Below are positions 1-12,186 of a stretch of DNA of 64,000 bases, piece after piece (the first letter of the stretch is position 1; the number at the start of each line of letters is the position of its first letter). Source of the stretch: Phoronis australis (Eukaryota > Animalia > Phoronida). The notes beneath the pieces are model-generated. The model ran no database searches, was not told where the DNA came from, and saw nothing but the letters and a program-made list of their open reading frames with translations. The position numbers and the translations under genes were made by a program. Location of the stretch: contig NMRA01000044.1 of NCBI GenBank assembly GCA_002633005.1, positions 945,097 to 1,009,096 of the forward strand, read 5' to 3'.

Positions 1-741
1 AAACAATAAAAACTGGGCTTTTTTTCATTAGGGTAACAATGACATATTACCATACTCCTTCACATAAAAATAGCATCGCAAAACAACACTTTCAAGAAAT
101 TGTAATGCTAGCTGGTTCTCGGATGGTTTCCAGCACCGGCAGACCCAGGGTTGTTTGTAAAGTAGTACTTCATTTGCATATTCACAATTTAATGAGGCAC
201 AGCACCTTTAAGCAAGATTATGCAGGTCCCTAGAAAAATTCCAGAAATGGCCGATCCGATTCATACGGTATTACATTTTTACATACAACACTTTAAGCAT
301 TGTTCTCACAAATGCTGCTTTTAAAATGTTTTACTTTTGTATGAGCAATAAAAATAGGACTTTCAAAAAAAAACAATAACTTAGAAATCTGCGACAGAGC
401 TTTTGAGTTTTCATCATGAACAATTATATCAAATGAAATTTAATTATATAATTGATACAATTAGGAACCAGTAAATAGTTCCTAGTATCAATGAACTTTT
501 CTTTTTGCTAAATTTTACCAGAAAGATCAAGATGCTCACATGACCCAATTCAACTGGCAGTTAGGAAAAACGCAAAAAATCAAATTCCACATGTTTTCTT
601 ACTGGGTTAAAATATATACTTGTAGATACTTGGCCATAAATATTTAGACTTGTCGATAAGCGACTCCATAATCTTAACAAAGTAATCAATTATCACAAGT
701 TTCTTTACCTCAACATTTTTTCAATCATGGCAGTATCTTTA

Positions 742-2159
742 GTGGTCTAGGTAATTTAATTAGACTTTCCAATAACTGGACCTCCTGTAGAAAAACTGGC
801 TGTTAACACTGAGTAGAATCAGATTTCAAATGGTCTTTTCTCTCCGTGGATTTAGCCGATTAGAAGTTGATTGGAACTTCAGGTGTATGATCTACCTGTA
901 GGGAGTTCCCCTGCAGTAGCTCATGGGGTAATCAACCATAAGGTTTATTAGGATTATCCCCTTAACTAACTTGTGACATTTTTTTTGGATGTTGCCAAAA
1001 CAGGCTTTCTTGGTAACTTGACATATCTGATCACACAAGTGTGACAAAATGTCAAACTTAGTTCTTTCACACTCCCATAGGTAAAACCTTCACATCTACA
1101 AACAACACCAAACTGTTATTTCTGAAGTCCATAATAGGACAACAAGACATACACACACAACCCTCAGGCTTGGGAGTAAATCCTTAGTGCAAACAGATTT
1201 AACTGTCAAATACTTTTAATTATTCATAATCTGCCAGTCAAATGTGTGTTTATTTTAAACTTAAGATGTCATTAAAGCTTTAAGCCACATGGAAAATTTC
1301 CACTTCAGTTCATTTGAACTGAGCAGTGCAGTGTGCCTTTGTGCCTTATGGTTTTGGCAACAATAGGTCTTCCAGTATATGGGCATGCCTTCTGTTACTT
1401 GACTATTACCAGCAGACCTTGTATTCCACTCAGCACATTCCCCTGGCAACTGAATGAAACATGAAACTAGAAAATTTGAATTATTGGACGTTTAATATTG
1501 GTATTTCAGTATTATTGACATTTTTTTCTGGTAAATTCAAACCTCAATACGCCCCAGACTTCAAGAACAAGAACATATACCACCGGGGAAAGCACCAGGG
1601 CCCGGTCTCTAATCTTTGTACTCGAAACGAACTCGAAACTATTTTTGGCAATTTCTCTGCTCCTTTTGTGCGAACTTAAGATAATTGGTTATCAGACTGT
1701 GCTCGAATACATTATAGTTTATGCATAGGAGTTTCTAGTTCAAGTTTGCCCTTGAAGACCCTTGTATTCGTGCTACAAACTCGAGTAAAAACTCGAAACT
1801 TCGAGTTCAAACTCGAACTTATTGCTTTAATATTGGGTTTACAAACTGTGAACTAAGGGCAATAAATAATCTCCGTAAGTTATTGTGTACTCGAGCATAG
1901 AATAATAGACACTTATCTTGAGTTCGCCCAAAAGTAGCGTAAAAAATGCCAAACCTAATTTCGAGTTCCATTTCGAGTAAAAAGATTGGAGACCGGGCCC
2001 AGGTTTCCTACTTAAAAACTCTCTGTGAAACTTGTGTTCACCACCACAGCAATGTTAATGAGATTTTGAATTGAACAGTACGTGGATTTCATTCGCAACA
2101 AACAAACACGGACAAAAAATACTTGTCTACATGTGCTGTTATTGTTAGGTGTTGTGCAT
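742..2159 (+). repeat. Near-identical duplicate of 6357-7368 (plus the MITE insertion)
   Basis: Colinear high identity; each copy ends at an N join (2160, 6356). Confidence 0.9.
1599..1999. mobile_element. PIF/Harbinger-type MITE (401 bp)
   Basis: About 29-bp TIRs (GGCCCGGTCTCtAATCTTTgTACTCGAAA / TTTCGAGTAaAAAGATTgGAGACCGGGCC) and a 3-bp CAG TSD; the empty site GCACCAGGTTTCC is seen in the duplicate at about 7205. Confidence 0.85.
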
Positions 2160-5100
2160 NAAAGGGCTGCTTGACACAGGTCAGTTTGCTCCGTGTCAGT
2201 TGCGCCGGGCCAAAAGTTGATGTCTAAATGGGACTTATGAAGAGTTACAACCAGGTTTAGTTGGTCTGAACTTTACTGACATGATCTGTGGCATTTTTGT
2301 GAACAGTCCTTTAAGCATCTGACCGAGCCTCCTAGTCCAATCTCTTTAAATACTAATTCCACATCTGAATACTGTTATAGTTTTGTCTTCAGAGTCCGTA
2401 ATGTATCCCATGTGGTTAGCTGGTCTGGATGCTGGGGCACTCACCTTCCCATTTGGAAAAAAGTCACCCCCTCCGGAAAATTAACAGCATCTGACATCAA
2501 CATGAATCACAATTTGGATGATGGACCTAACGTAAAAAATTAAGATGAAAATTAAAAAATGAATTTGAAAACAAACAGCATAAGGAGACCTATAACGTGA
2601 CTGTAATTAGGGCCAAGATTGTACACTTCGGCTGTTACTCAGTCTTGGTAAACCGTAGCTTAATTAAAATTAACTGGTGGTCATTTCATTCCAACAGGGC
2701 GTTAGACTGTGAGTAGGACCTCTTCAAAATGACCATCCCCGGACTTTACTGCATCATGATTAAATTTTGTGGACTAAAATCACAAACAAAATCACGTTCA
2801 TAAGATACTGAGCAGTACCAACCATTTGTGGATTATGAGAATTAGTAAAAAGAGATACAGCACTCCTGAACAGATTTAATAGACAACTTATAATTAGTAT
2901 ACATTGTTAATTAGTCCTTCCTTCTAATATGTAGTGTTGAAAATCTGACTCTTTTTATTGCTCACAATCTTGCGTTGGTTGCATTCAAGAAGACAATATA
3001 CAATCTTTTAATCCATGCAGTAACTGTCTGATTCTGGACAGAAGTAGAACACATAAATTCTGCATCAAAACATTGTTTCATTTCTTCAACCATAGGTGTG
3101 CTCATTTTCAATCACCAATGTATTACCCGTAGATAAAATTTAACTTTGGACAACAAATCTTACCCAAATTTTTACACCTAAGTTTGTTGCTATGAATACT
3201 GAAATTTTAACAAATGTTCAGAAAAAAGTTAAGCCAACATTTATTCTTGCTGAGAAATTTGACAAAAAACGACAATCCCTTTTTCTGTCATATTCTATTT
3301 TTAAACTGTGCAATCTAAATAGTTGCACAGTTTCTAATCAAAAGCAATACTCTGATGATTTGAATGTGTTATCATTAGAAGGGAACTGCTAAAACATCTA
3401 GATACTAATTTTGTGGAAATAATAAGATTTTAATCTACCATAGCAATCTGTGCTACGAAAGCCCCAGGTGAGCAGATTAACCTAAAAAATACTAACACTG
3501 TATCAAAATCCTAGAGACAGAGAAAAGGGACTTAATCAAAATAAACACAGGTGAGGAGACTGTCGATATAATTTAATCAATTTGTTTTACCTGGACTTAC
3601 AGGTAATAATATCTCCAGATTACCAACGAGATAAGGAACTACAGAACTGATTTAAGACAATTTCCTTTTCCATATTATCAGACAAAGTATCAAAATGCTA
3701 CCAAAGTCTGGCATTACCATACAAAAAATCAGCTCAAAAAAGTTATAAATGGGCTCTGTGATTAAGCCATCAAACCATTTCCCAAAAAGAGACAGTCACA
3801 AAATGATAAATGATGATTGTTTGTATTTTATTTGGGTGCCAAGAAGAAGACCAAAATAGGTACATACATACTCAAATAACCCAATTCCTGCACTCATTCA
3901 AGAAAGAGGGCTGAACAGTGTTTATGGGTAGACTCCATGAATCTCAAAAGCATCATGGTTACATTCAAAGGACAAGCAGAAACTTTTCAATACAGCAATG
4001 GGAATTGTTAGAATATAGTGCACACACCATAAATAATTGGACAAAATGTCACAAATGAGTGTGACGAGAGAAATTTCCACGTCACGACAGGCGCCACGAA
4101 TTCACAACCAAGAAGAACACACAGCTGGAATGATGAGTCATACAGTGTGTGCCAAAAGTATCCAGACAAAATGGCCCCGAATTCCCTGTAATGACGTCTG
4201 GGTGGAAGCCGCAATCATCTTCGGAGTAATCCTCCCTCATGACCGAGAATGACAGGAAATTAAACGGAATTTTAATAAGATGGCTTAAAGCCAAGATGCT
4301 ATAATTACAATTTTACCCGCCACTTTTTTTACCACTCCTTGGTGTTAACAGAATTAACCGTCATGGCAGCGAAAACGTTTTTTTGTCTTATTAATTTTTT
4401 CTTGTACTGTAAGTGATGCAGTGGTTTTCACTGCCTGTTTCAACATGTCCCCATTACTTGTTTGCCAGCAGTTGTGACAGGTTTGAATGGCCCGTGACCT
4501 GTTTGGAAAAATAGCAACCAGTTTGGAAGAGAGGCATCACCATTGCTAACCACTGCTTTAAATTGCAACAATAACTGGCTATAGCCCATTGAAACTTATA
4601 AAGGCCAATTAGTGGGTACCACAAGGCAGGTAAATGTGCACTTAAGGTTATGTCCAACCTTATTTGGTGGCCTCCATTCTAACACTTATATCAAAAAAAA
4701 TAAGCTTTGTCAACTAGTAAAAGTAAATATTTTATGAAAGAACAAAGACCAGGAAATATAAATATACTTTTTGCATTTATTTGTCATTACTATTTTTACG
4801 TAAAAACCTTTTTTAAGTAAAAATTTCCTTTTTAAAAAAGGTACATTCACAGCAAAATAACCCCTCGGTTGATTTTAACGAAACCTTTTTTAAATGAAAT
4901 CTTCATCCATTACCTCAAAAACGCTGTTACGAATTTTCGATTAGTCTGTTCGTTTGGTTTCTATGACAAATAAACTCGCAAAACGTAAGGTATTTTTGTA
5001 AAAAATTGAAGCCGTATTCGTCGCCACTTTACACAAAAACTAAGCTTTTATATTAAAAATCCTAACAGTGTTTTTGAGATTGGTGACTAAATATTAAGTT

Positions 5101-5549
5101 TGGAAAGTTTCAGCGAAATCAATCAAGCCATTTTCCAGAACTCGTGTTCCTAAGTTCAAATAAAGTCGATTTGCCGAAGCCGAGAAAAAGCTGATTAAAC
5201 TGGGACACGTGAAAATCTCTAAGTCTTTGGTTAATTATTCTGTGAAAACTTGTTTTCGGTATACATAAAATATAGAATCCTTAACTATGTCACCTATTTC
5301 AATGTTTTCTTGCAATGTCAACTAATTTTGCAGTGTGTAACTAACTTAAATATCATTAAAACCTCAAATAGACCATTGATTGGATCAGGTGACCAGACCA
5401 AAATCAAGCTACAAGATGATCAAATTTTATTGCTTATAAATGTTCACAGTCATATTTCAAAAACTTTGTTTCACTTTTGAAAAATATTACATTTTTTTGT
5501 TTTCTGCAACTTTTAGAATTTTTTAAGAAAATCAAGAAGTGTTAATTTT

Positions 5550-5726
5550 TAAAGCCATCTCATGCAAAAGTGGAACTTATCAAATCAATTTTAGCCGTGT
5601 TTTCGAGAACAGTGCTCATAAAGCATAATATCTAATAGTTTCGTATGAATTCTTAACTTTCCCACGTCTGAGATACGATGTTCTGAACTTTAAGCCAGAC
5701 TTGGACATTTTTAGGGTCCGACATAA
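5550..5726. repeat. Dispersed repeat family; other copies at about 15765-15930 (inverted), 17553-17725 and 37432-37515
   Basis: Shared CTCATGCAAAAGTGG...GAACAGTGC..ATAAAGCATAATATCTAA..AGTTTC.T..GA...GAGATA.GATGTTC.GAA. Confidence 0.6.
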
Positions 5727-8700
5727 CATTATGGTAGTTTAGCTGGCTGCAAGTACACCGATACATTTGGAGACGGAGGAGCTCGAAATTCACTCTAGGT
5801 GTCACAAGTGAAGCAAAGGACTTTACCACAGAAATGCCCTCATTCAGGCAAATCACGTGGGTCCCTTATCGCACAAACGACACGCTGATGAACTGCATTC
5901 TGCTCTCAGTTTATTCAAAAATTAATAAAAGGGTTTTTATTCCTGAGCGCCACCTTGTGGATATCGAGTCGCTCAGTGAAAGAATGTCAGTCACCAAGTG
6001 CTTTCAACATTTTTGTTCGCATTGTCGCACTTATGACAGGCTTCTCCTCTGTTACAGAGAACATTTCGACATCTCATTACCAGTCAACAGAGTGATACAG
6101 AACTTTGAACAATTATTTTTACCATGTACTGCAGGATAACCAGCTGTGAGATTTGTTAACACATGATCACATAATTATTCCATAGAATAAATTGATCGTG
6201 AGGTGATAAATAATTCATGATAATTTTAAGTACCAGGAAGGGCAAATAACATGAAGGTTTAATTAAAAAGTGTAACTTATTTAAGCTGTCTTAAAATTGT
6301 AAATATTTAATTTGTTGTAAGCGCCACCTTGTGACTTCCTGGAGAACTGTGTGTANGTGGTCTAGGTAATTTAATTAGACTTTCCAATAACTGGACCTCC
6401 TGTAGAAAAACTGGCTGTTAACACTAGGTAGAATCAGATTTCAAACAGTCTTTTCTCTCCGTGGATTTAGCTGATTAGAAGTTGATTGGAACTTCAGGTG
6501 TATGATCTACCTGTATGGAGTTCCCCTGCAGTAGCTCATGGGGTAATCAACCACAAGGTTTATTAGGATTATCCCCTTAACTAACTTGTGACATTTTTTG
6601 GATGTTGCCAAAACAGGCTTTCTTGGTAACTTGACATATCTCATCACACAAGTGTGACAAAATGTCAAACTTAGTCCTTTCACACTCCCATAGGTAAAAC
6701 CTTCACATCTACAAACAACACCAAACTGTTATTTCTGAAGTTCATAATAGGACAACAAGACATACACACACAACCCTCAGGCTTGGGAGTAAATCCTTAG
6801 TGCAAACAGATTTAACTGTCAAATACTTTTAATTATTCATAATCTGCCAGTCAAATGTGTGTTTATTTTAAACTTAAGATGTCATTAAAGCTTTAAGCCA
6901 CATGGAAAATTTCCACTTCAGTTCATTTGAACTGAGCAGTGCCAGTGTGCCTTTGTGCCTTATGGTTTTGGCAACAATAGGTCTTCCAGTTTATGGGCAT
7001 GCCTTCTGTTACTTGACTATTACCAGCAGACCCTGTATTCCACTCAGCACATTCCCCTGGCAACTGAATGAAACATGAAACTAGAAAATTTGAATTATTG
7101 GACGTTTAATATTGGTATTTCAGTATTATTGACATTTTTTCTGGTAAATTCAAACCTCAATACGCCCCAGACTTCAAGAACAAGAACATATACCACCGGG
7201 GAAAGCACCAGGTTTCCTACTTAAAAACTCTCTGTGAAACTTGTGTTCACCACCACAGCAATGTTAATGAGATTTTGAATTGAACAGTACGTGGATTTCA
7301 TTTGCAACAAACAAACACGGACAAAAAATACTTGTCTACATGTGCTGTTATTGTTAGGTGTTGTGCATAATACTAGCCTGGTGGAGACTGCCAATGACAA
7401 TTCTGCGCAACTTGGGAGGATGGGAACACTGGTAAACTATGTTGCATCGAAACAAGGTATATCAAACTGTACATACCTTTGTGTCTAACCTGCATTTGTT
7501 CAACTTCAAACGGAATCCAGCTTTCAGGAATTCCCCTTGGCACTGAGTGCAGTTTTGTAGATTGTTGAGAACGGGATATCCATGTCCGTGTTTTGATTGA
7601 GAATGGAAACAGTATACGGCACTTGGATCATTGTAAGCGACTTCACACAATGTTAATAATTCTTGATAGTACGCCATAAGGTAAATTTGTCACCTGAGAT
7701 TACCCATCCTCACAAACTATCACCGTTCTCATACAAGGTATTGACGTTTTCGGAAGAACAACGCCGCTGCACCTTTCCGAGTTGCTTCAAAAATTCGCGT
7801 GTATCGTCTCGCCATCTGGTGTCTCATTTCAGACTCACGTAGCAGACGAAATCGGAAAATGGTTACAAATACGCATCACCACGCCGTAAATATCAAAAAT
7901 AACCTGCTTTCATTTATAGAACCGACCTTAAAAGATGCGAGAGAATCAAAAAAATTAAGTGCAACAAGACAAAAAAATCCCAATTGTAAGACGAAATTGA
8001 CATTTTTGTAGCAAAAATGAGCGTGTCGCAAACAATGCAAAAAGAAAAAAATAGACTACTCTTTGGCCGACTGACCTACCGGTGCCGGTACCCGTCTCGG
8101 AGGAATGAAGGTAGAATTGGGGGAAACAAAAATATTTTTAAAAAGGGCTTATAAATAAGAAGAAGGGTAGTCAAGGTTGCCATCACGGGCCCCTCCAAAA
8201 GTTAGGATTTACATCAAATAATAAAACGCAAATTCAAAACAACGTAAAAAGAAAGAGAGATGACCACATTACCCCTTGCCAGAGAGGGGAGAAATGCAGC
8301 TTTGTATTCTTTAAAATTTGCCCTCTAACTTTGAATCTTAATCAGTTAGCTCTAAACCATGTAATGTGTAATTTTTTGAAGTATACATGAAGAGCACATT
8401 TTCAATTAGCGAGTGAGCGTACACGGCATATGCATGTGTGTCTTTTTTCTTAAACTGCGAGCGCCTAACAAAAATGCCCAGACCAAGGTTATAAAAATGA
8501 ATCCAGAACTGGTAGTAGACAAATGTTCTTGAAATTTGTCTCTCTTCAGTGGCATGCTTCGCACCGTCTTTCTTTTCTTTTATAAACGGGATAATATTTA
8601 TCATGTGACGCAAAACATATACATAGCCTACCGAGCATTCAGTGAACAAACACAGAAACCGCAGGGCATTACATATCTGGGTTGGACTAATTACAGTTTA

Positions 8701-11700
8701 TGCATATAAAATAAAAGTCAAATATACTGTACTCACAAGCATTGTATACAATTGAAATACAGTGATGGGGCCTAATGATACAATGTGATGAATAATTCAA
8801 AGAACGTCTGTGCTATGAGAACCTGGGAATCATGTGAATCAATAAGCCAATCTGAATTACAATTCGAACGCAACAGAAACTGCAAGAACTACTGCTCACG
8901 GGATTAATAAAGAAATTCGATAGTGAAATGTTCCAGATTAAGATTTCCCCGAACAACAGTAGAACAGGAAGGGACAATCTGATTACCAAAGTTTCCGGAA
9001 GAGCGAGTCGCATTCAGTTCCATTGAGTCTAAAGTTGAAAAAAAAATGGGCATGCGATTGGGTGTCATCATACTTCTAGTAAGGGAAAATGTTGTTAAAG
9101 CGAGAATTGCTTCACTGAAAATTTGTTTGAGTTTAAGAAAAGACCACATTTGGACACGGATACGCCTACCGGTGTGCTCCCTAGTCAGGGCAATTTTAGT
9201 TCCTTTACATATGCCAGGCTTCTTGACAGATTTTCGTGAAATTTGGTAAATATGTGCTTTTGGAGACCGTGGCACCTTCCCAGTACGGAATCCTCGCAAT
9301 CTGAGTCTCCTAGTGGTCATTTTTATTATTTTTGTGTCTTTTTGATAAATTTCACAGATACGTTGAGGTGAGCATGACCCATGACGTTGATTTTCCAACA
9401 GGTTAAAATACCGTGACGCCCCCCTACTGGCAATCTAGGCTCTCTTTGCATCTATACGTACCAAGTTTCCTTGTTGGGTTTTCATGGAACTTGGAGAAGT
9501 TTCTATGAAAGGATACTAAACCCTGTTTCGATGATTTCAACCTATATCCTCGTTCTGTCACCTGCTAATGCATCATTGGCCTCAATCTTCCAAGTTATAG
9601 ACAGGAGTCAACTAAAAACTCATACTACATGTCACAGGTTGGATATTATGGTCCATGGTGGTTGGTCTTTTCCCACAGTACCATTTAATTCGCTAAGAGC
9701 GTATGTCACGCTTGTCCATTAAGCAAAATTTGAAAGGAGTCTTCAAAATTTCCTCCAATCTTTTAAGAGTTGCCGAGGGTTGCAGAGCATTATTTTGTTT
9801 CACAGAACTGGATGGAAAAGTCGTGTACACGTGTACATGTTTAGCATCTGTACATATGCCAAAACTGGGTTTGGTACGCTGTTGAGGATGCGATCAATTC
9901 AATGTACTCTGGACTCACTGGTGTTCAGATCTTCAAAGCACTTAAAGAGCCACTATGGGATTTTACAGATGTCTTCCTATTGAGATGATCAGGATTGACA
10001 AAAATTTCGAAAGGGTACAATAACTGTGGTATTCCCATGTGACATTTTTTGTCTGTGCCTCATTATATCAGCTATGTTCCTTGATGGATACTCTTCAAAT
10101 TTGGTAGATGTGTCCTAGTGAAGAAGAGTATACAGTAAATTACTTGGCATTGATTTTGGGATGAGTCCGACAACTGTGGCATCCGCTAGTGGCAATTTTG
10201 GTTTTCTTTGAGGATGGCTCTGTACCTATATTTCTTGACGTATATATTGATGAAAGCTAGTCAGCTTTGGTTGACTGAGACATAATAAGAATAAACCATA
10301 CCCACACAAAAAAAATCAAAGGAATCACTGAGAGCCTTCCAGCAGCGACCCGACGTTCGTTTTATTAAGCAACCTGCAGCATTGCAGTCAGAGTTACTTT
10401 CAAAATTCATTGGAATTATTAAATGACAATTTCAGAAGTCACTATTGCGCAAATTAACTAAAGAATGAACCTACATTCAGACGAGAACATTGCTATGGCA
10501 GAACATAGGTTTTGAAAATTAAAAGTGCGTTGCAACACTCAAGTCAAGTTCCAGAGATTCACTTAAGACCACACAGACTCTTACGCTCGTTAACCTTGTT
10601 CCTGAAGTGCTAGTTAAGTGACCCTCTGGAGACACCTGTCACGTTCCCTTTTATCTGCCTTAATTATACTTATTAAAAAGTGACTATAAACCCATATTAA
10701 TCAGAAAAACTGTTGATACAGGCCACTTGTCAGCACACGTCATTAAAGTGAGGAGCAAGTCTTGATCAATTTTGTACTGGAAAGTAGCTTAAATTAAAAG
10801 TTATATTCTTTGATGGAACATAAGTTTATAACCGTTTTGAATCACAAGGCTGACACTTTGATTTTACAACATAGTTTATTGAAACACACTGTTCATGCAT
10901 ACAAACGGATGGCAATATGCACCCACATCTGTAAATATGGCTTGGTAATGTCACGAAAGTTATCACTTTTAAACCACAAAAATTGCATCAAATAAGTCAA
11001 TCGCGTAAAATGAACATGATTTGAGAATTCTCAACCCCATTGCAAACAAATATACTTTGTATCTTCATAAAATTTCACAACTGCGACCATACAACCAAAT
11101 CACCATTCCTATCCAAGGTGATACGTTAATTCTTATAAATCACAACTGTGACTACAGGACTCTTGAGATGAAATCACCAATTTTTGACAAAAATAATTGT
11201 TAAAAATGATGCCTTTTTATTTTCCAAGGGCTTTAAACACTACTGTAAATGCCCATACTATCTCAACACATTGACCGGTGGTAAGTAAGGCACAGAACTG
11301 AAAAATGGTTCTGTCAGCATTTTTTGATGCTACTTATCTTATAGCAAGATGAACAAAATCAATTTCACTTGTATGCCATATTGTTGCGATTTTACCATAA
11401 ATAGGTCAAGTCAATGTTGTGACCTTTGAACCACAAAAAAAATAAACTATGAACCTCAACATCGAAGCAATCAATGAACTTTACAGCGTCAATGGTATCA
11501 CCATGTGTTATTGTGAACTGTTAGTAGCCGTATTAAAGAACCAAAATAAAAGGTTCCACCAAAAACATGATTTTCAAACATAGTGCAGAGTGAGACTTAA
11601 TTAAAATATGCATTAACAACAAAAATTAACTTAAGAACCTCATTAATTTTTCTAATTCTAATAGTTGCTTCAACCATTGATTCCGCTAGCTTTCAGAGTA

Positions 11701-11961
11701 ACGAATATTGTGGAAAGTATCGGAGACTCGCAATTGGAGTGGGTGAGTTATCTTAACCAGCTATTGTATCGCTTGCACGATGTTACCTTCAGCTAGTTTC
11801 AAATTCATGGTTTATAAGCCCTACTTAGCTGTCCACCGTGACATGCACAAAGAGTCATGCACAGTGTCGTAATATGATGGAATACACCAAGATATCTGTC
11901 TCTGGGCCAACTACAGGAGCACAACGCCTATTTTTATTCATCTCAAGTCCATCAACTGCTG

Positions 11962-12186
11962 TCAACTTTCACTCGCAACTTTCTCTGCCCCAGAATAGTC
12001 ACTACTCTGATTTTGATCACCAGACTGAAGTACATTGCCACTGCCTTCTTCTGACTGTTTGTGCGAACTTGGCCTTTCCTCTTTGGCAAGTAGTTCATTT
12101 TTCCTCATATAGCACGCTCCCTCGTACGGTGGACTGATCGGGGATTGGGTTGGGGGTAGATAGCTGTACTTCTTTCCTGGTTCCAA
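11962..12186 (-). CDS. FTSJ1: FTSJ1 last coding exon
   Basis: tttcag|[25 protein letters not shown]...ASES-TGA; the PTQxPIxPPY motif is typical of the Trm7 C-terminus. Confidence 0.9.
   Translation of the reverse strand: MEPGKKYSYLPPTQSPISPPYEGACYMRKNELLAKEERPSSHKQSEEGSGNVLQSGDQNQSSDYSGAEKVASES

Noticed and set aside
4008-4294. Three overlapping ORFs of about 70 aa
   Set aside because: No motif or convincing splice sites; likely chance ORFs in a locally GC-richer patch.
8904-9398. 164-aa minus-strand ORF, the longest in the track
   Set aside because: No recognisable motifs; it overlaps degenerate subrepeats of a likely non-coding element and has no supporting splice context.
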